A DNA stretch of 64,000 bases. Source: a virus (lineage: Duplodnaviria > Caudoviricetes). Numbering within the stretch: the stretch's first letter is position 1; every line of letters begins with the position of its first letter. The stretch lies in the IMG/VR virus record IMGVR_UViG_3300029288_000067, positions 64,001 through 128,000 of that record. One strand, given 5' to 3'. The translations under genes were made by a program, and so were the position numbers. Under the pieces are notes generated by a model that worked only from the letters and a program-made list of their open reading frames with translations, did no database searches and was not told the origin of the DNA. Of this stretch, positions 28,100 through 37,105 are shown in pieces.

Positions 28100-28291
28100 T
28101 TAAGATTTGAACCCCTTCTTTTGCAGGTATTTACTGAGGCACATCATGTTGCAGGTAAAAACACAGTCATATTTTTCAATATTCCCCGGGAACACTTCTA
28201 ATTTCCAAGATACGCGGGGAGCACCACAAATTTGACAGGAAATCTCTTTACTATCATGTGTTTCAAAGGCATAATCCCAAGGTTCTTCCAT
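28100..28291 (-). CDS. small Zn-finger protein
   Basis: CQIC...CNMMC; SD buried in a hairpin. Confidence 0.6.
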   Translation of the reverse strand: MEEPWDYAFETHDSKEISCQICGAPRVSWKLEVFPGNIEKYDCVFTCNMMCLSKYLQKKGFKS

Positions 28292-28344
28292 ATTCCTTTC
28301 CCCTTTCTAAGAAGAGAGGAAAGGAATATTAAATTATTTCGAGA

Positions 28345-29103
28345 TTATACTTCCACCACCAATTGCTTGTTGAATTTCCCATTTACTTCTTTCCCAAAGT
28401 ACCCATAAGGATTACAAATCACATGGGTTTTTTCAACCGTGTAATCAAAAGAGGAATGGGTGTGCCCATGGATCCATAACTCCGGGGCATAGTCTGCAAT
28501 CATTTCTTCCAGATTGGACATATAGGCCCAATTATTCGGCTCCCCGACAAAAGTATAATTCAGGCTTCGAAAAGAAGGGGCATGGTGTGTTACGACGACT
28601 TGTTTTTTTCCGGAGGATTCTTTTGCAAACAAGTTTTTTTTCATCTCATAGACAGAGTGCTTAAACTCCATCTCAAGGATATTGGTATTTACGGTCATCC
28701 CCTCAAAACCAACCTCCTTGAAATCATGCAGAGTCATTTCCATCAACTCTCTATCAGGGCAATTGGAATAATCACTCCACAAAGTTGCCCCATGTACAAT
28801 TATTTCAGGCAATTCAACAAAGGTATCCTGCAGCAAATAGATCTGCTTCTCAGGACAATGCACAACATCTTTATAATCGATTTGTGCCTGATAAAGATCT
28901 TTGCCGTAGTATTCATGATTCCCGAGAATAACAATTATGGGGACCTTATTGAGGGTGTCCAGAAATTCACGAAGAAGTGGTGGAGTTACATGCGTATCCC
29001 CTGCAATCACAAGGATATCCCCACAGATATCTTCTCGTGAAAAAATATCTGTGGGGGATTTCGCCCACTCCAGGTGAAGGTCCGAAATAATTTGGAGTTT
29101 CAT
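28345..29103 (-). CDS. calcineurin-like metallophosphoesterase (leaderless)
   Basis: SDLH, AGD, GNHE, THHAP, HGHTH. Confidence 0.9.
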   Translation of the reverse strand: MKLQIISDLHLEWAKSPTDIFSREDICGDILVIAGDTHVTPPLLREFLDTLNKVPIIVILGNHEYYGKDLYQAQIDYKDVVHCPEKQIYLLQDTFVELPEIIVHGATLWSDYSNCPDRELMEMTLHDFKEVGFEGMTVNTNILEMEFKHSVYEMKKNLFAKESSGKKQVVVTHHAPSFRSLNYTFVGEPNNWAYMSNLEEMIADYAPELWIHGHTHSSFDYTVEKTHVICNPYGYFGKEVNGKFNKQLVVEV

Positions 29104-29109
29104 ACAAAT

Positions 29110-29138
29110 ATATTACTAGGAGGGTCCCAAAACTTCAA
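29110..29138 (-). promoter_or_regulatory. repeated early promoter TTGAAG-N17-TAATAT
   Basis: ATG at 29103 lies 6 nt downstream of the -10 box. Confidence 0.85.
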
Positions 29139-29141
29139 GGG

Positions 29142-29315
29142 TTATTTCTTCTTCCCCGGTTTAATAGAGTCATTGTATTCAAAAACGGCCAAAAGAAGAA
29201 AAAACATAGCAACTCCCAAATGTTGTTCTGGGGTTTTCATACCATGACCAAAAAAGCCCAAGGCAAAATTGGTAAAGCCCATAATCGCCATCCCAGTAGA
29301 AACAGAATAATTCAT
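29142..29315 (-). CDS. small two-TM protein (57 aa, not in ORF track)
   Basis: AAGGA SD; MNYSVSTGMAIMGFTNFALG... Confidence 0.5.
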   Translation of the reverse strand: MNYSVSTGMAIMGFTNFALGFFGHGMKTPEQHLGVAMFFLLLAVFEYNDSIKPGKKK

Positions 29316-29330
29316 ATTCCAATCCTTTCC

Positions 29331-29543
29331 TTAAAAATAATGCCGGGACATTTTTGCTGTTACCCTTTCGGAATAATCCTCTGCAATTTGCCGGGTATTG
29401 GGGGAACTCTTAAAATCCTCCAACAAGTTTTGTAAAAGATGTAAGTCCGAAGTGCTCAACTGCACCCCCTTATCAACCTTTTCCATCATACTCACAACCA
29501 AATGACCCTTGTGCATATTGATTTTTCGTTCCATTATTTCCAC
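29331..29543 (-). CDS. hypothetical protein
   Basis: Coupled to the upstream stop. Confidence 0.55.
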   Translation of the reverse strand: MEIMERKINMHKGHLVVSMMEKVDKGVQLSTSDLHLLQNLLEDFKSSPNTRQIAEDYSERVTAKMSRHYF

Positions 29544-30616
29544 CTCAATTGAAAATATTCTTCAAGAATTTGTAGGTATAACCGATCCACAAAAGCTTTC
29601 TCCACTTCCCGGGGGATTTTTGTTGTTTTATATAAATCTTCCAAACCAGCATCAAGCTCCTCGGAAAGTTTCATTACATCCTCATAAGTCCATTTCCCTT
29701 GTTTCACATCCATTGCAATCTTTCTCTGTTCCTCCGGCAACACAATAGGAACAAAACCCTCCTTCAAGATTGTATGCACAGAAAACAACAAGCGGATGGT
29801 GTGAGATGCATGTTTGCAGTCGTATCCCGTATTCGCTTCAAGAGCGGCTCGTTTCTCATTCCTGTTCTTTTTCCACTCCCAATATTGGCCCCACTTCTTC
29901 AATTTATCTTGATAAGATTCAAGATCAATAATAGCAGTTCCAACAAACTTCACAGCCCAATCATTCAACTTCTTCAATTCAATGTCCACATACGAGGGGT
30001 TCGTTTGATCTGCCCGAGTGAGCATCCCTTTCGGGAATCTGCCTTCATCATCATGCCACAATTTGTAGACATGCTCATTTACTTTCGTGGCAGTATATTG
30101 CTGAATTGTTTGTTTTACGAATTGTTTCTCTGCTTCTCCCGATTGTTCAATTCCATCCGCTGGGATAAATCGGATATAATCCCACAATGCTGGGGGTTCT
30201 TTTGGTTGAGGGTTGGTAATCCACTTCTGATGCCCCCGCAACCTCTTCATCTGAGACATTGCATATCCTGCATAGGAATGCCTTACTTTTGTGCTCAAAA
30301 GCTTTTCTCGGTTCTTCAATAGAAGATCCATAATGGGGTGTTTGTACAAAATACAATCAGGGGGCATCCAAAGCAATTCAATGATATTTGGGTTTTGTGC
30401 CTGCAACAAATTCAGATATTTCTGCAGCTCGTAAAACTGAATATCGTTTGTTTTGTCTTGTTCTTGCTCCAAATTTCGAAAGATAGACATGGTTAATTCC
30501 ATGGGGGCAATAAACAAGCCCCGGATATCTCGGTCACTTTCGGGAGTATTCAACCCATATGCATGTGATCCGGACAATACTTCAAAAATCTTATTTGTAT
30601 TCGTGTATTCGAACAT
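29534..30616 (-). CDS. RlaP-like (Pol-beta superfamily) nucleotidyltransferase
   Basis: GSHAYGLNTPESDRDIRG, NPNIIELL, GYA.SQ, GYDCKHASH.IRL. Confidence 0.85.
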   Translation of the reverse strand: MFEYTNTNKIFEVLSGSHAYGLNTPESDRDIRGLFIAPMELTMSIFRNLEQEQDKTNDIQFYELQKYLNLLQAQNPNIIELLWMPPDCILYKHPIMDLLLKNREKLLSTKVRHSYAGYAMSQMKRLRGHQKWITNPQPKEPPALWDYIRFIPADGIEQSGEAEKQFVKQTIQQYTATKVNEHVYKLWHDDEGRFPKGMLTRADQTNPSYVDIELKKLNDWAVKFVGTAIIDLESYQDKLKKWGQYWEWKKNRNEKRAALEANTGYDCKHASHTIRLLFSVHTILKEGFVPIVLPEEQRKIAMDVKQGKWTYEDVMKLSEELDAGLEDLYKTTKIPREVEKAFVDRLYLQILEEYFQLRWK

Positions 30617-30629
30617 TTTTCTTCCTTTC

Positions 30630-30980
30630 TTACCCAATGTAATCTGAATCCGAGAAAGTATAACACTTCGGCCATTGACTTTCAAGGTTTTCAACCCACC
30701 GGTCTATTGCTTTACTCCGGTTTACCTGTGTATCACATATTAAATCGGTCAAAGCCTTGTCCAAGACCTTCAATTTTTCTTTCATACCTTTTTTCAAAAA
30801 AGGAAATTTTTTGAAGATAACTTTTCGACAATGCGGGGCAACAACAACACACCCCAAATCACAAATATATCCATCCCGGGTAAGAAACCCCAGAAGATCC
30901 CGGACATCGAGCATATTTGTCAACAAACGTCCAGTAGTGACATTCAAAACTTGTGCAAGAGTGTATGTTTTTGTAGGCAT
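30630..30980 (-). CDS. hypothetical phage protein
   Basis: VLNVTTGRLL motif; SD. Confidence 0.65.
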   Translation of the reverse strand: MPTKTYTLAQVLNVTTGRLLTNMLDVRDLLGFLTRDGYICDLGCVVVAPHCRKVIFKKFPFLKKGMKEKLKVLDKALTDLICDTQVNRSKAIDRWVENLESQWPKCYTFSDSDYIG

Positions 30981-30992
30981 ATCAAGCCCCTT

Positions 30993-31367
30993 TCACGTAC
31001 TTTTTGTTTTTTCCCAAATCGTCCAAAATTCCCTCATAGCGTCAGCCGGGAGTTTTTCATTCACAAACTCCCGGACTTTATTAAAGGGAGCCTCCCATTC
31101 ACACTTCAAAACATCTGTTAATCGAAGAATTTCCCGACTCAAAATCTTAATTTGCTCCGATTCAACAAACTTTGCATATTCCTTGAAAATATCCCAAAAT
31201 TCCTTTGTTTCGAAGAAAAGACACCCTTCTCCATCCCCATCAATAAAATCTTTGTATGCATCCCGAAGTTTATTGATTGTGTGTTTATTTTCTTCGTATC
31301 GCAAACACTGCTCTTTGTTGCTGAAAGGAGTTCCGTCATTTGCAATATATGTTTGCACAATTTTCAT
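30993..31367 (-). CDS. hypothetical phage protein
   Basis: YIANDGTPF...CLRYE. Confidence 0.65.
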   Translation of the reverse strand: MKIVQTYIANDGTPFSNKEQCLRYEENKHTINKLRDAYKDFIDGDGEGCLFFETKEFWDIFKEYAKFVESEQIKILSREILRLTDVLKCEWEAPFNKVREFVNEKLPADAMREFWTIWEKTKST

Positions 31368-31370
31368 ATT

Positions 31371-32018
31371 CTATTCCTTTTCCTCCGTCTTATTTTCCAA
31401 TAGGGATACAATATTCTTTTTATCGGAAAGTGCCTGAAACCCAAGACGAGAAATAATCCCAGTCCAGAAGGAATCAATTGCACCCTTTGCCTCTGTAATT
31501 GCTTTATCGACACATTCTTTCGCCTGCGAGACAACAAAAGGCATGTTGTGAAAAACCTCGTTCTCCACCTTGCAGAAAGCAGATTTCACTCTTGCTTGAT
31601 CTGCCTTTGTCATTTTTATCTCAGAAAGAAGTTGTTTCAATTCCAAAACGGCTTCTTTTGCTTCAACCCCTTGTTCTTCAATCTCCCGTTTGTATGTGTC
31701 CATTTCGGACTCTACCGGAGGATCTTCCACCCGTTCCCGGTTGATATGTTCAATTGTCGCGGGAACCCCTACACCCGCATTCATAGATGTCAGCAATTCC
31801 GCGAACTGGTTGGGGGTCAACCGAAGCTCAATCAACTCCTCTTTGTTCAGGTATCGATTCTCGGACAATCTTCGATATTCATATGCCCGGGAGATTGTCA
31901 AACCAATGTAGGAGTCACATTTGATCTTTGACCCAAAGAAAGATTGCCCTCCTCCATGTCGATGTGACAATCTCACAACTGCATAGGAAGGGTGGTGTTT
32001 TTCAATTTCTTTTTCCAT
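31371..32018 (-). CDS. hypothetical phage protein
   Basis: ACAGGAG SD after the promoter at 32051; HPSY, FFGS, QFAELLTSMNAG.GVPATI. Confidence 0.75.
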   Translation of the reverse strand: MEKEIEKHHPSYAVVRLSHRHGGGQSFFGSKIKCDSYIGLTISRAYEYRRLSENRYLNKEELIELRLTPNQFAELLTSMNAGVGVPATIEHINRERVEDPPVESEMDTYKREIEEQGVEAKEAVLELKQLLSEIKMTKADQARVKSAFCKVENEVFHNMPFVVSQAKECVDKAITEAKGAIDSFWTGIISRLGFQALSDKKNIVSLLENKTEEKE

Positions 32019-32050
32019 ATGTATCTCCTGTATTTTATTCCTACAAAGAG

Positions 32051-32079
32051 ATATTACCACTACAAGGGTGAAACTTCAA
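32051..32079 (-). promoter_or_regulatory. repeated early promoter TTGAAG-N17-TAATAT
   Basis: Overlaps the 3' end of the HD gene. Confidence 0.85.
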
Positions 32080-32578
32080 GACAACCCCATAAAATATATG
32101 CTTCAATATCCCGAATAATCGCCCGGTGTGTTTTTGACAACTTCCGATTTCTTTTCAAGAAATTCAACAACTCTACAGTATCTTTCTTGTATTCATCCGT
32201 GGGATTGTCCATACAATTGGAGAGTCTATCTGAAAGTTTTATCACAAGGGCATACGAGGAAATTCCCACCATCTTTCTCTTCAGATATTCATTTTTCCCC
32301 AAACGAGCAATCTCTTCCGGGCAGGAGGTTAATTCGGAAACAAGGCTTACAACATCTGCCCCGAATTTTGACAAGATCTCCGAATACTTTGTTTTTGTGT
32401 CCTCGATTGTATCGTGAAGAATTGCTGCAGTGAGGAGGGTTTCAAGGTTTTTGGATCTCTTGTATTTTGCAATCAAATAACTGACCATCAAAGGATGTGT
32501 GAAATATTCCTTCCCGGAAACTTTCCGACGTTGCCCCTTATGTTTTCTATCTGCAAACCGAATTGCCTCCAGTAACAT
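32060..32578 (-). CDS. Mesh1/SpoT-type HD hydrolase (small alarmone hydrolase-like)
   Basis: AIRFA..KH.GQRRK, YFTHP, AAILHDTIEDT, IKLSDRLSN. Confidence 0.85.
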   Translation of the reverse strand: MLLEAIRFADRKHKGQRRKVSGKEYFTHPLMVSYLIAKYKRSKNLETLLTAAILHDTIEDTKTKYSEILSKFGADVVSLVSELTSCPEEIARLGKNEYLKRKMVGISSYALVIKLSDRLSNCMDNPTDEYKKDTVELLNFLKRNRKLSKTHRAIIRDIEAYILWGCLEVSPL

Positions 32579-32587
32579 ACTTGCCCC

Positions 32588-32773
32588 CTATTCTACCACG
32601 ATAATTTTTGGGTAATCACAATCCTTGTCCAGGTAAGAGCATTTCCCATTATTCCACTCCACGGTAACAAAACGATCTGCCACATCTACAATTTCCCCGG
32701 GAGTTCCCATTGCACCCACCAACTTGCGCCCAACAACAATTTCTTCCTCCATTAGTTCCGCGTAAGTCTTCAT
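32588..32773 (-). CDS. small hypothetical protein
   Basis: GGGG SD; fills the gap. Confidence 0.5.
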   Translation of the reverse strand: MKTYAELMEEEIVVGRKLVGAMGTPGEIVDVADRFVTVEWNNGKCSYLDKDCDYPKIIVVE

Positions 32774-32775
32774 TT

Positions 32776-33285
32776 TTACAATTCCCCCTTTTGTTTGAAT
32801 TCCTGCAAGATTTCTGGAAAAGATATCGGGGTGTATTTCCAACAATCAACCCCAACATCCATTGACCTCGGTTGATATTTCACGGATCCATGATGAGAAG
32901 CCCCGTGTTGGTGACCGAAAAAATGAAGTGAGCCGTGATGAGAACGATCCCATGCAAGGTGAGGATAATGAGACATAAAGATTACATGCCCTGCTTCTCG
33001 AATCGTCATTACATCCCGGGGTTTACAAACCTCATACAGGCTTCTATCATGATTCCCCTTGATAAACACAATGTTTCCATTGAGCCTGCTCAGAAGCCGT
33101 TTTATTTCCGCTGCATCCCCGAAAGCGAAGTCCCCAAGGTGATACACAACATCCTGTGGGGTTACTACCTTATTCCAGTTGGAGATAATGGTTTCATTCA
33201 TTTCCCGAACATCCCGGAAGGGACGATTACAGTACTTGATGATGTTTGCATGTGAAAAGTGCGTGTCCGATGTGAAAAATAACAT
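32776..33285 (-). CDS. metallophosphoesterase
   Basis: SDTHF.H.NII.YC.RPF, LGD, GNHD, SHYP, GHQH. Confidence 0.9.
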   Translation of the reverse strand: MLFFTSDTHFSHANIIKYCNRPFRDVREMNETIISNWNKVVTPQDVVYHLGDFAFGDAAEIKRLLSRLNGNIVFIKGNHDRSLYEVCKPRDVMTIREAGHVIFMSHYPHLAWDRSHHGSLHFFGHQHGASHHGSVKYQPRSMDVGVDCWKYTPISFPEILQEFKQKGEL

Positions 33286-33288
33286 TTT

Positions 33289-33798
33289 TTATTCCTTTAC
33301 TGCATATTCTGGGTCAGGATTCGGTATTTCCTTATACTGCCCACCATTAATACAAGAATACCAATCACGGAATTCTTGATACGTTGAAATTTGTTTATTC
33401 CCTGAATCTAATGTAACCACGAAGGGGAGTGTTTGAGAGCAAGGCACCCATTTTGGCCCCCACCCAAGATTTTGTCCATGGGATGTGGAGAAAAACCATT
33501 CGTCAGTATCCACATTTTGAAATATCGTAATCTCTTTCAATTGTAATTTTTCTCCGGGAGCCCATGCAAACAGATCTTCTTTTAATTCTTGCCGAAGTTT
33601 TTTCCGGAATCCCAAAACAGCGGATAAGTCCTCGTTCTCGTAAAAATCGTCCCTCAGCAGTTGTTCTAAGCCACCAAGAGAGCGCACAACCCGTGTATAA
33701 TTTTTGAGGATTTGATCTTTTCTGAATTTGTTTAAATCGTGCTTAAAGGACTCAAAAGCAATTTCCAAGGATTTTCGACAAGTTTTAACAACATTCAT
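33289..33798 (-). CDS. hypothetical protein
   Basis: Long ORF with SD. Confidence 0.65.
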   Translation of the reverse strand: MNVVKTCRKSLEIAFESFKHDLNKFRKDQILKNYTRVVRSLGGLEQLLRDDFYENEDLSAVLGFRKKLRQELKEDLFAWAPGEKLQLKEITIFQNVDTDEWFFSTSHGQNLGWGPKWVPCSQTLPFVVTLDSGNKQISTYQEFRDWYSCINGGQYKEIPNPDPEYAVKE

Positions 33799-33807
33799 AG
33801 TTATCCC

Positions 33808-34212
33808 CTATGATATTTTGAGATATGTACCACAGAAGGGGCAATGGGTGATACTTTCCCCAAGAATTTTGTAATCTTTCCGAATATAGATCTTATTCTT
33901 TTCGCAGAAGAGGTTCATCTTCCCACAACAATGCACTCCCCGAGCACGTCGAGCAAACACCCGTTGTTTTACATTTTCACGGATTCTTGTTTGAATTCTC
34001 GAAACTACATCACTTCCCTTTTCCTCCCCCAAAGATTCCAAAGGTTTTCCAGAAGAGTATTCTTTTTCCATCTGTGTTTTACACCCACTGCACAAGAAAG
34101 TTTTATAGTAATCTCTCTCGGTTCTGTGCCCATCGAAATAAGAATCCGTCAAAATTTCAACAGATTGTGGATTACTTTTACTGCACACAGCACAATAATT
34201 TTTTTCTTTCAT
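33808..34212 (-). CDS. Cys-rich hypothetical protein
   Basis: CAVC, CSGC, HCC, HCPFCG. Confidence 0.65.
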   Translation of the reverse strand: MKEKNYCAVCSKSNPQSVEILTDSYFDGHRTERDYYKTFLCSGCKTQMEKEYSSGKPLESLGEEKGSDVVSRIQTRIRENVKQRVFARRARGVHCCGKMNLFCEKNKIYIRKDYKILGESITHCPFCGTYLKIS

Positions 34213-34230
34213 TGTATTTCCCTTTTCAAT

Positions 34231-34259
34231 ATATTACCGGATAGGCAACAAAACTTCAA
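34231..34259 (-). promoter_or_regulatory. repeated early promoter TTGAAG-N17-TAATAT
   Basis: The -35 TGA is the stop of 34256..34684. Confidence 0.85.
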
Positions 34260-34684
34260 AACCGTGTTACAGGCTCATAACCTCCCGGGCACTTAACAAA
34301 CAATTTACCACCCTTAGATTTTAAAGTCCCCACGAGGGCTTTATCGTCAATTGGTTTGGTTTTGAGGTCCGGTTCATCTAACCAATCATCTATGTCCAGA
34401 ACTTTTTCTTCCGGGGGAGTTTCGATAAGATCCACAAGAGGGGGAGTTTCTTTCACAACTCCACCCCTCTTTTCCAAATACACGAGAGTAAATGAAATAA
34501 TGCATGGGATAATATCAAAAAATAATGCCACCGGCCAAAGGAATACAATAGCCGATGCAAAGGATTCATGGGCTTTTCTATTCTTTCCAACAGTTTCAAA
34601 CTCACTGTGATAAATCCACCGATAGACCCCGGAACAGATGGCACCAATGAAAAGGTAACATACAAGGGAAGTCAAATAACTCAT
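34256..34684 (-). CDS. membrane protein
   Basis: Two hydrophobic segments, FLWP. Confidence 0.65.
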   Translation of the reverse strand: MSYLTSLVCYLFIGAICSGVYRWIYHSEFETVGKNRKAHESFASAIVFLWPVALFFDIIPCIISFTLVYLEKRGGVVKETPPLVDLIETPPEEKVLDIDDWLDEPDLKTKPIDDKALVGTLKSKGGKLFVKCPGGYEPVTRF

Positions 34685-35088
34685 ACATCCTCCTCGTCAA
34701 AGATTTCTTCCTTAAGCAGTCGGATTTTATCAAGCTCCCGATCAAGAACACGGGTCACCCTGCTTACAAATCTAAATTTTCGAGTATTGAGATATTCTTT
34801 TGCCCGCTTATTAATAAGCATATCCAGTTGTTTTTCCCACTCCTCGCAAACCTCCTTGATGGGAAGCTCAAAACCCTCAATAGACAATTTCACCTCGAAT
34901 CCATTTGCACTCTTCGGTAATTCGGAGAGGATTTTTGAAAGTCCTAGACCTTTAAATTTTGTTTTGGTAATAGCTGTGAGAAACAGGTGCTCGAACCAAT
35001 TTCCACGCTCTTTTAGAAAGTTGAGATATTGTTTCGGCATTTCCTCATTGTGCTTTTCTTTGTCGGACATTTTGATATCTTTTGACAT
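34681..35088 (-). CDS. hypothetical protein
   Basis: Operon ORF. Confidence 0.65.
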   Translation of the reverse strand: MSKDIKMSDKEKHNEEMPKQYLNFLKERGNWFEHLFLTAITKTKFKGLGLSKILSELPKSANGFEVKLSIEGFELPIKEVCEEWEKQLDMLINKRAKEYLNTRKFRFVSRVTRVLDRELDKIRLLKEEIFDEEDV

Positions 35089-35091
35089 GTT

Positions 35092-35562
35092 TCATTCCTT
35101 TTTTATGCATTTACTTAATGAATAACGGGTATTTCCGATACAAGTATTCATTTTTCGAGATATCTTAGACAAACGATTTGCAACAGACTCAAGCCCTACT
35201 TCTCGCATCGATTCAATCACTTTTTCAAATTCCTCAATAGTCCCACCGAACTCTTCCAGATTATGAATCACAGAGTACCAATCGTAAGAGGTCTTTTCTT
35301 CCTCGGGGGATTTCAGCTCTTTTCCCGAATTCTCTTGAAAGTAAACACAGGAAGTAGGCCCCTCCATGTGTTTTAAAAGACAAGTCTTACGAAAATAACA
35401 TTCCCCACACTCTTCATGAGAATTTTTCCCGGGACTTTCTGCAATATGCTTATAAAAGTTGCCGAAAACGCTCTCAACCTTCTTTGTTTTAGAGCATTCA
35501 CAACATACCGTAAACGGTGTTCGAATATCATCCACTTTTCCACAGAGAATACATTGTGACAT
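35092..35562 (-). CDS. Cys-rich hypothetical protein
   Basis: CILC, CCEC, CGEC. Confidence 0.6.
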   Translation of the reverse strand: MSQCILCGKVDDIRTPFTVCCECSKTKKVESVFGNFYKHIAESPGKNSHEECGECYFRKTCLLKHMEGPTSCVYFQENSGKELKSPEEEKTSYDWYSVIHNLEEFGGTIEEFEKVIESMREVGLESVANRLSKISRKMNTCIGNTRYSLSKCIKKE

Positions 35563-35565
35563 ACT

Positions 35566-35829
35566 TTACCCCTTTTTCTTCTTTTTATCACACACCCGAA
35601 GTGCCGTGGACAATACTTTACCAAGACCTTCCTGTGCTTCTTTCAATTGCTGATTCAAAGTTTGGGAGTCCTCTTGCTGAACAATATTTACATCCTGCCT
35701 CAAAGCTTCTGCCATTTCATAAAAAGCTCTCCACAGCTTTTCATTTCCAAGGTGCTGAAAACTACCTGCATACATCATCAATTTGTTGGAAATCTCTTCA
35801 ATATCTTCCAGAGCGTCTTTTTTACTCAT
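35566..35829 (-). CDS. hypothetical helical protein
   Basis: GGAGG SD after the promoter at 35849. Confidence 0.65.
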   Translation of the reverse strand: MSKKDALEDIEEISNKLMMYAGSFQHLGNEKLWRAFYEMAEALRQDVNIVQQEDSQTLNQQLKEAQEGLGKVLSTALRVCDKKKKKG

Positions 35830-35848
35830 ATTTGTTTCCTCCACAGGT

Positions 35849-35877
35849 ATATTACCGGATGCCTTCGGAAACTTCAA
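35849..35877 (-). promoter_or_regulatory. repeated early promoter TTGAAG-N17-TAATAT
   Basis: The TAA of the -10 box is the stop of 35852..36337. Confidence 0.85.
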
Positions 35878-36337
35878 AAATTTCTTCTATTCTTTTTGCC
35901 CAATGTTTACTGAAGATTTCACTACCCCAAGGATATTTATCCCCCGGGCAATCTTTATTGTCTGTGATATCGGAGATTCCAGAAATGGTTGAAAAATCAT
36001 CCCCCAGCACATTTAACTCTGCAATTTTCAACAATTTACTCACCCTTTTTCGCTCTTTCCTATCCAAGGTATGAAGCAATATTGGGCATATTGGTTTTAC
36101 CAACAAGAGAAAATTAACAAAAGGACAGACACAGGTTTTTCCCTTTCTCCCACAATGATTTTCAAATTCTTCCATCCCATGAGTCATGGATATCAGCCCA
36201 ATGTCTTTTATTGTCAAAAGAAGAAGTATTGCCTCATAGGTATTCCATGCAACATACAGGGTGATATCCTTTGATAAATACTTTTGGAGAGTATTTAAAC
36301 GGAATGGATTACTTTCAACGATAAGAATTTTTTTCAT
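35852..36337 (-). CDS. degenerate receiver-fold protein (cyclic-phosphate-processing REC-like)
   Basis: KILIVES, N.YEAI.LL, ISM.HG, ILLHT. Confidence 0.5.
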   Translation of the reverse strand: MKKILIVESNPFRLNTLQKYLSKDITLYVAWNTYEAILLLLTIKDIGLISMTHGMEEFENHCGRKGKTCVCPFVNFLLLVKPICPILLHTLDRKERKRVSKLLKIAELNVLGDDFSTISGISDITDNKDCPGDKYPWGSEIFSKHWAKRIEEIFEVSEGIR

Positions 36338-36909
36338 ACATCGAACCCAATCTGTTTTTTCAGATACTTTTTTGCATCAATCCATTTTCCCGTTGATATA
36401 TCCAAAACTTCACCCACAAGAGACATAAACAAAGGATTATGAATAGACACAATGAATTGATACCCCTTGAGTGACAGATCTTGGTATGTTCCTACAAGCT
36501 TCACAATGGATTTAGGAGATAATGCAGTATCTGGTTCGTCCACCAGTATCAAAGCGGGGGTTTTTTTCGGCAAATGGGAGAGTACAATATTATTAACCTC
36601 CCCATGAGACATCCACATCATTTGTATTCCGGCCAAATATGCCTCAGATGTTCCATTTGGATTTGGCCCCCGCAATCGAGGATTATGTTTCTCTGTATCG
36701 AAATATGCAGTGGACATCTTTTCGGAAGTTTTTATTTTCAAAAATTCCTTACGGTCTTCTTTTTTACAGGGCTCCCCCAATAATTGTAACAAAGAAGATT
36801 TGCCCGTGCCTTGATCCCCAACAAGAACATTTATTCCCTTCCGAAAAGAAAGAGAGAAGCCTTCTTTGAAACAACGGTAATCTTTAAGGAATGTTGCAGA
36901 TTCTAACAT
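36334..36909 (-). CDS. ABC/AAA-type ATPase
   Basis: GDQGTGKS, SHGE signature, LVDEPDTAL, H-loop. Confidence 0.8.
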   Translation of the reverse strand: MLESATFLKDYRCFKEGFSLSFRKGINVLVGDQGTGKSSLLQLLGEPCKKEDRKEFLKIKTSEKMSTAYFDTEKHNPRLRGPNPNGTSEAYLAGIQMMWMSHGEVNNIVLSHLPKKTPALILVDEPDTALSPKSIVKLVGTYQDLSLKGYQFIVSIHNPLFMSLVGEVLDISTGKWIDAKKYLKKQIGFDV

Positions 36910-37097
36910 AGGCCGGAAACCTCCACCTTAACAAGACGGTCTCCACGGGCATATGCTTCTTTCCAAGAGTAGAATCCAAAAGAATCAAGATGAATCTGGA
37001 TTGCCACTCTTTTTGTTTCCGCATTGGAAGCAGAATAAAGGAAGGTGTTACCCTCCGCATTAATGCCCGTCACAACCCATATTATCATTTTCTTCAT
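36903..37097 (-). CDS. hypothetical protein
   Basis: Operon ORF. Confidence 0.55.
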   Translation of the reverse strand: MKKMIIWVVTGINAEGNTFLYSASNAETKRVAIQIHLDSFGFYSWKEAYARGDRLVKVEVSGLC

Positions 37098-37105
37098 ATA
37101 TCACT

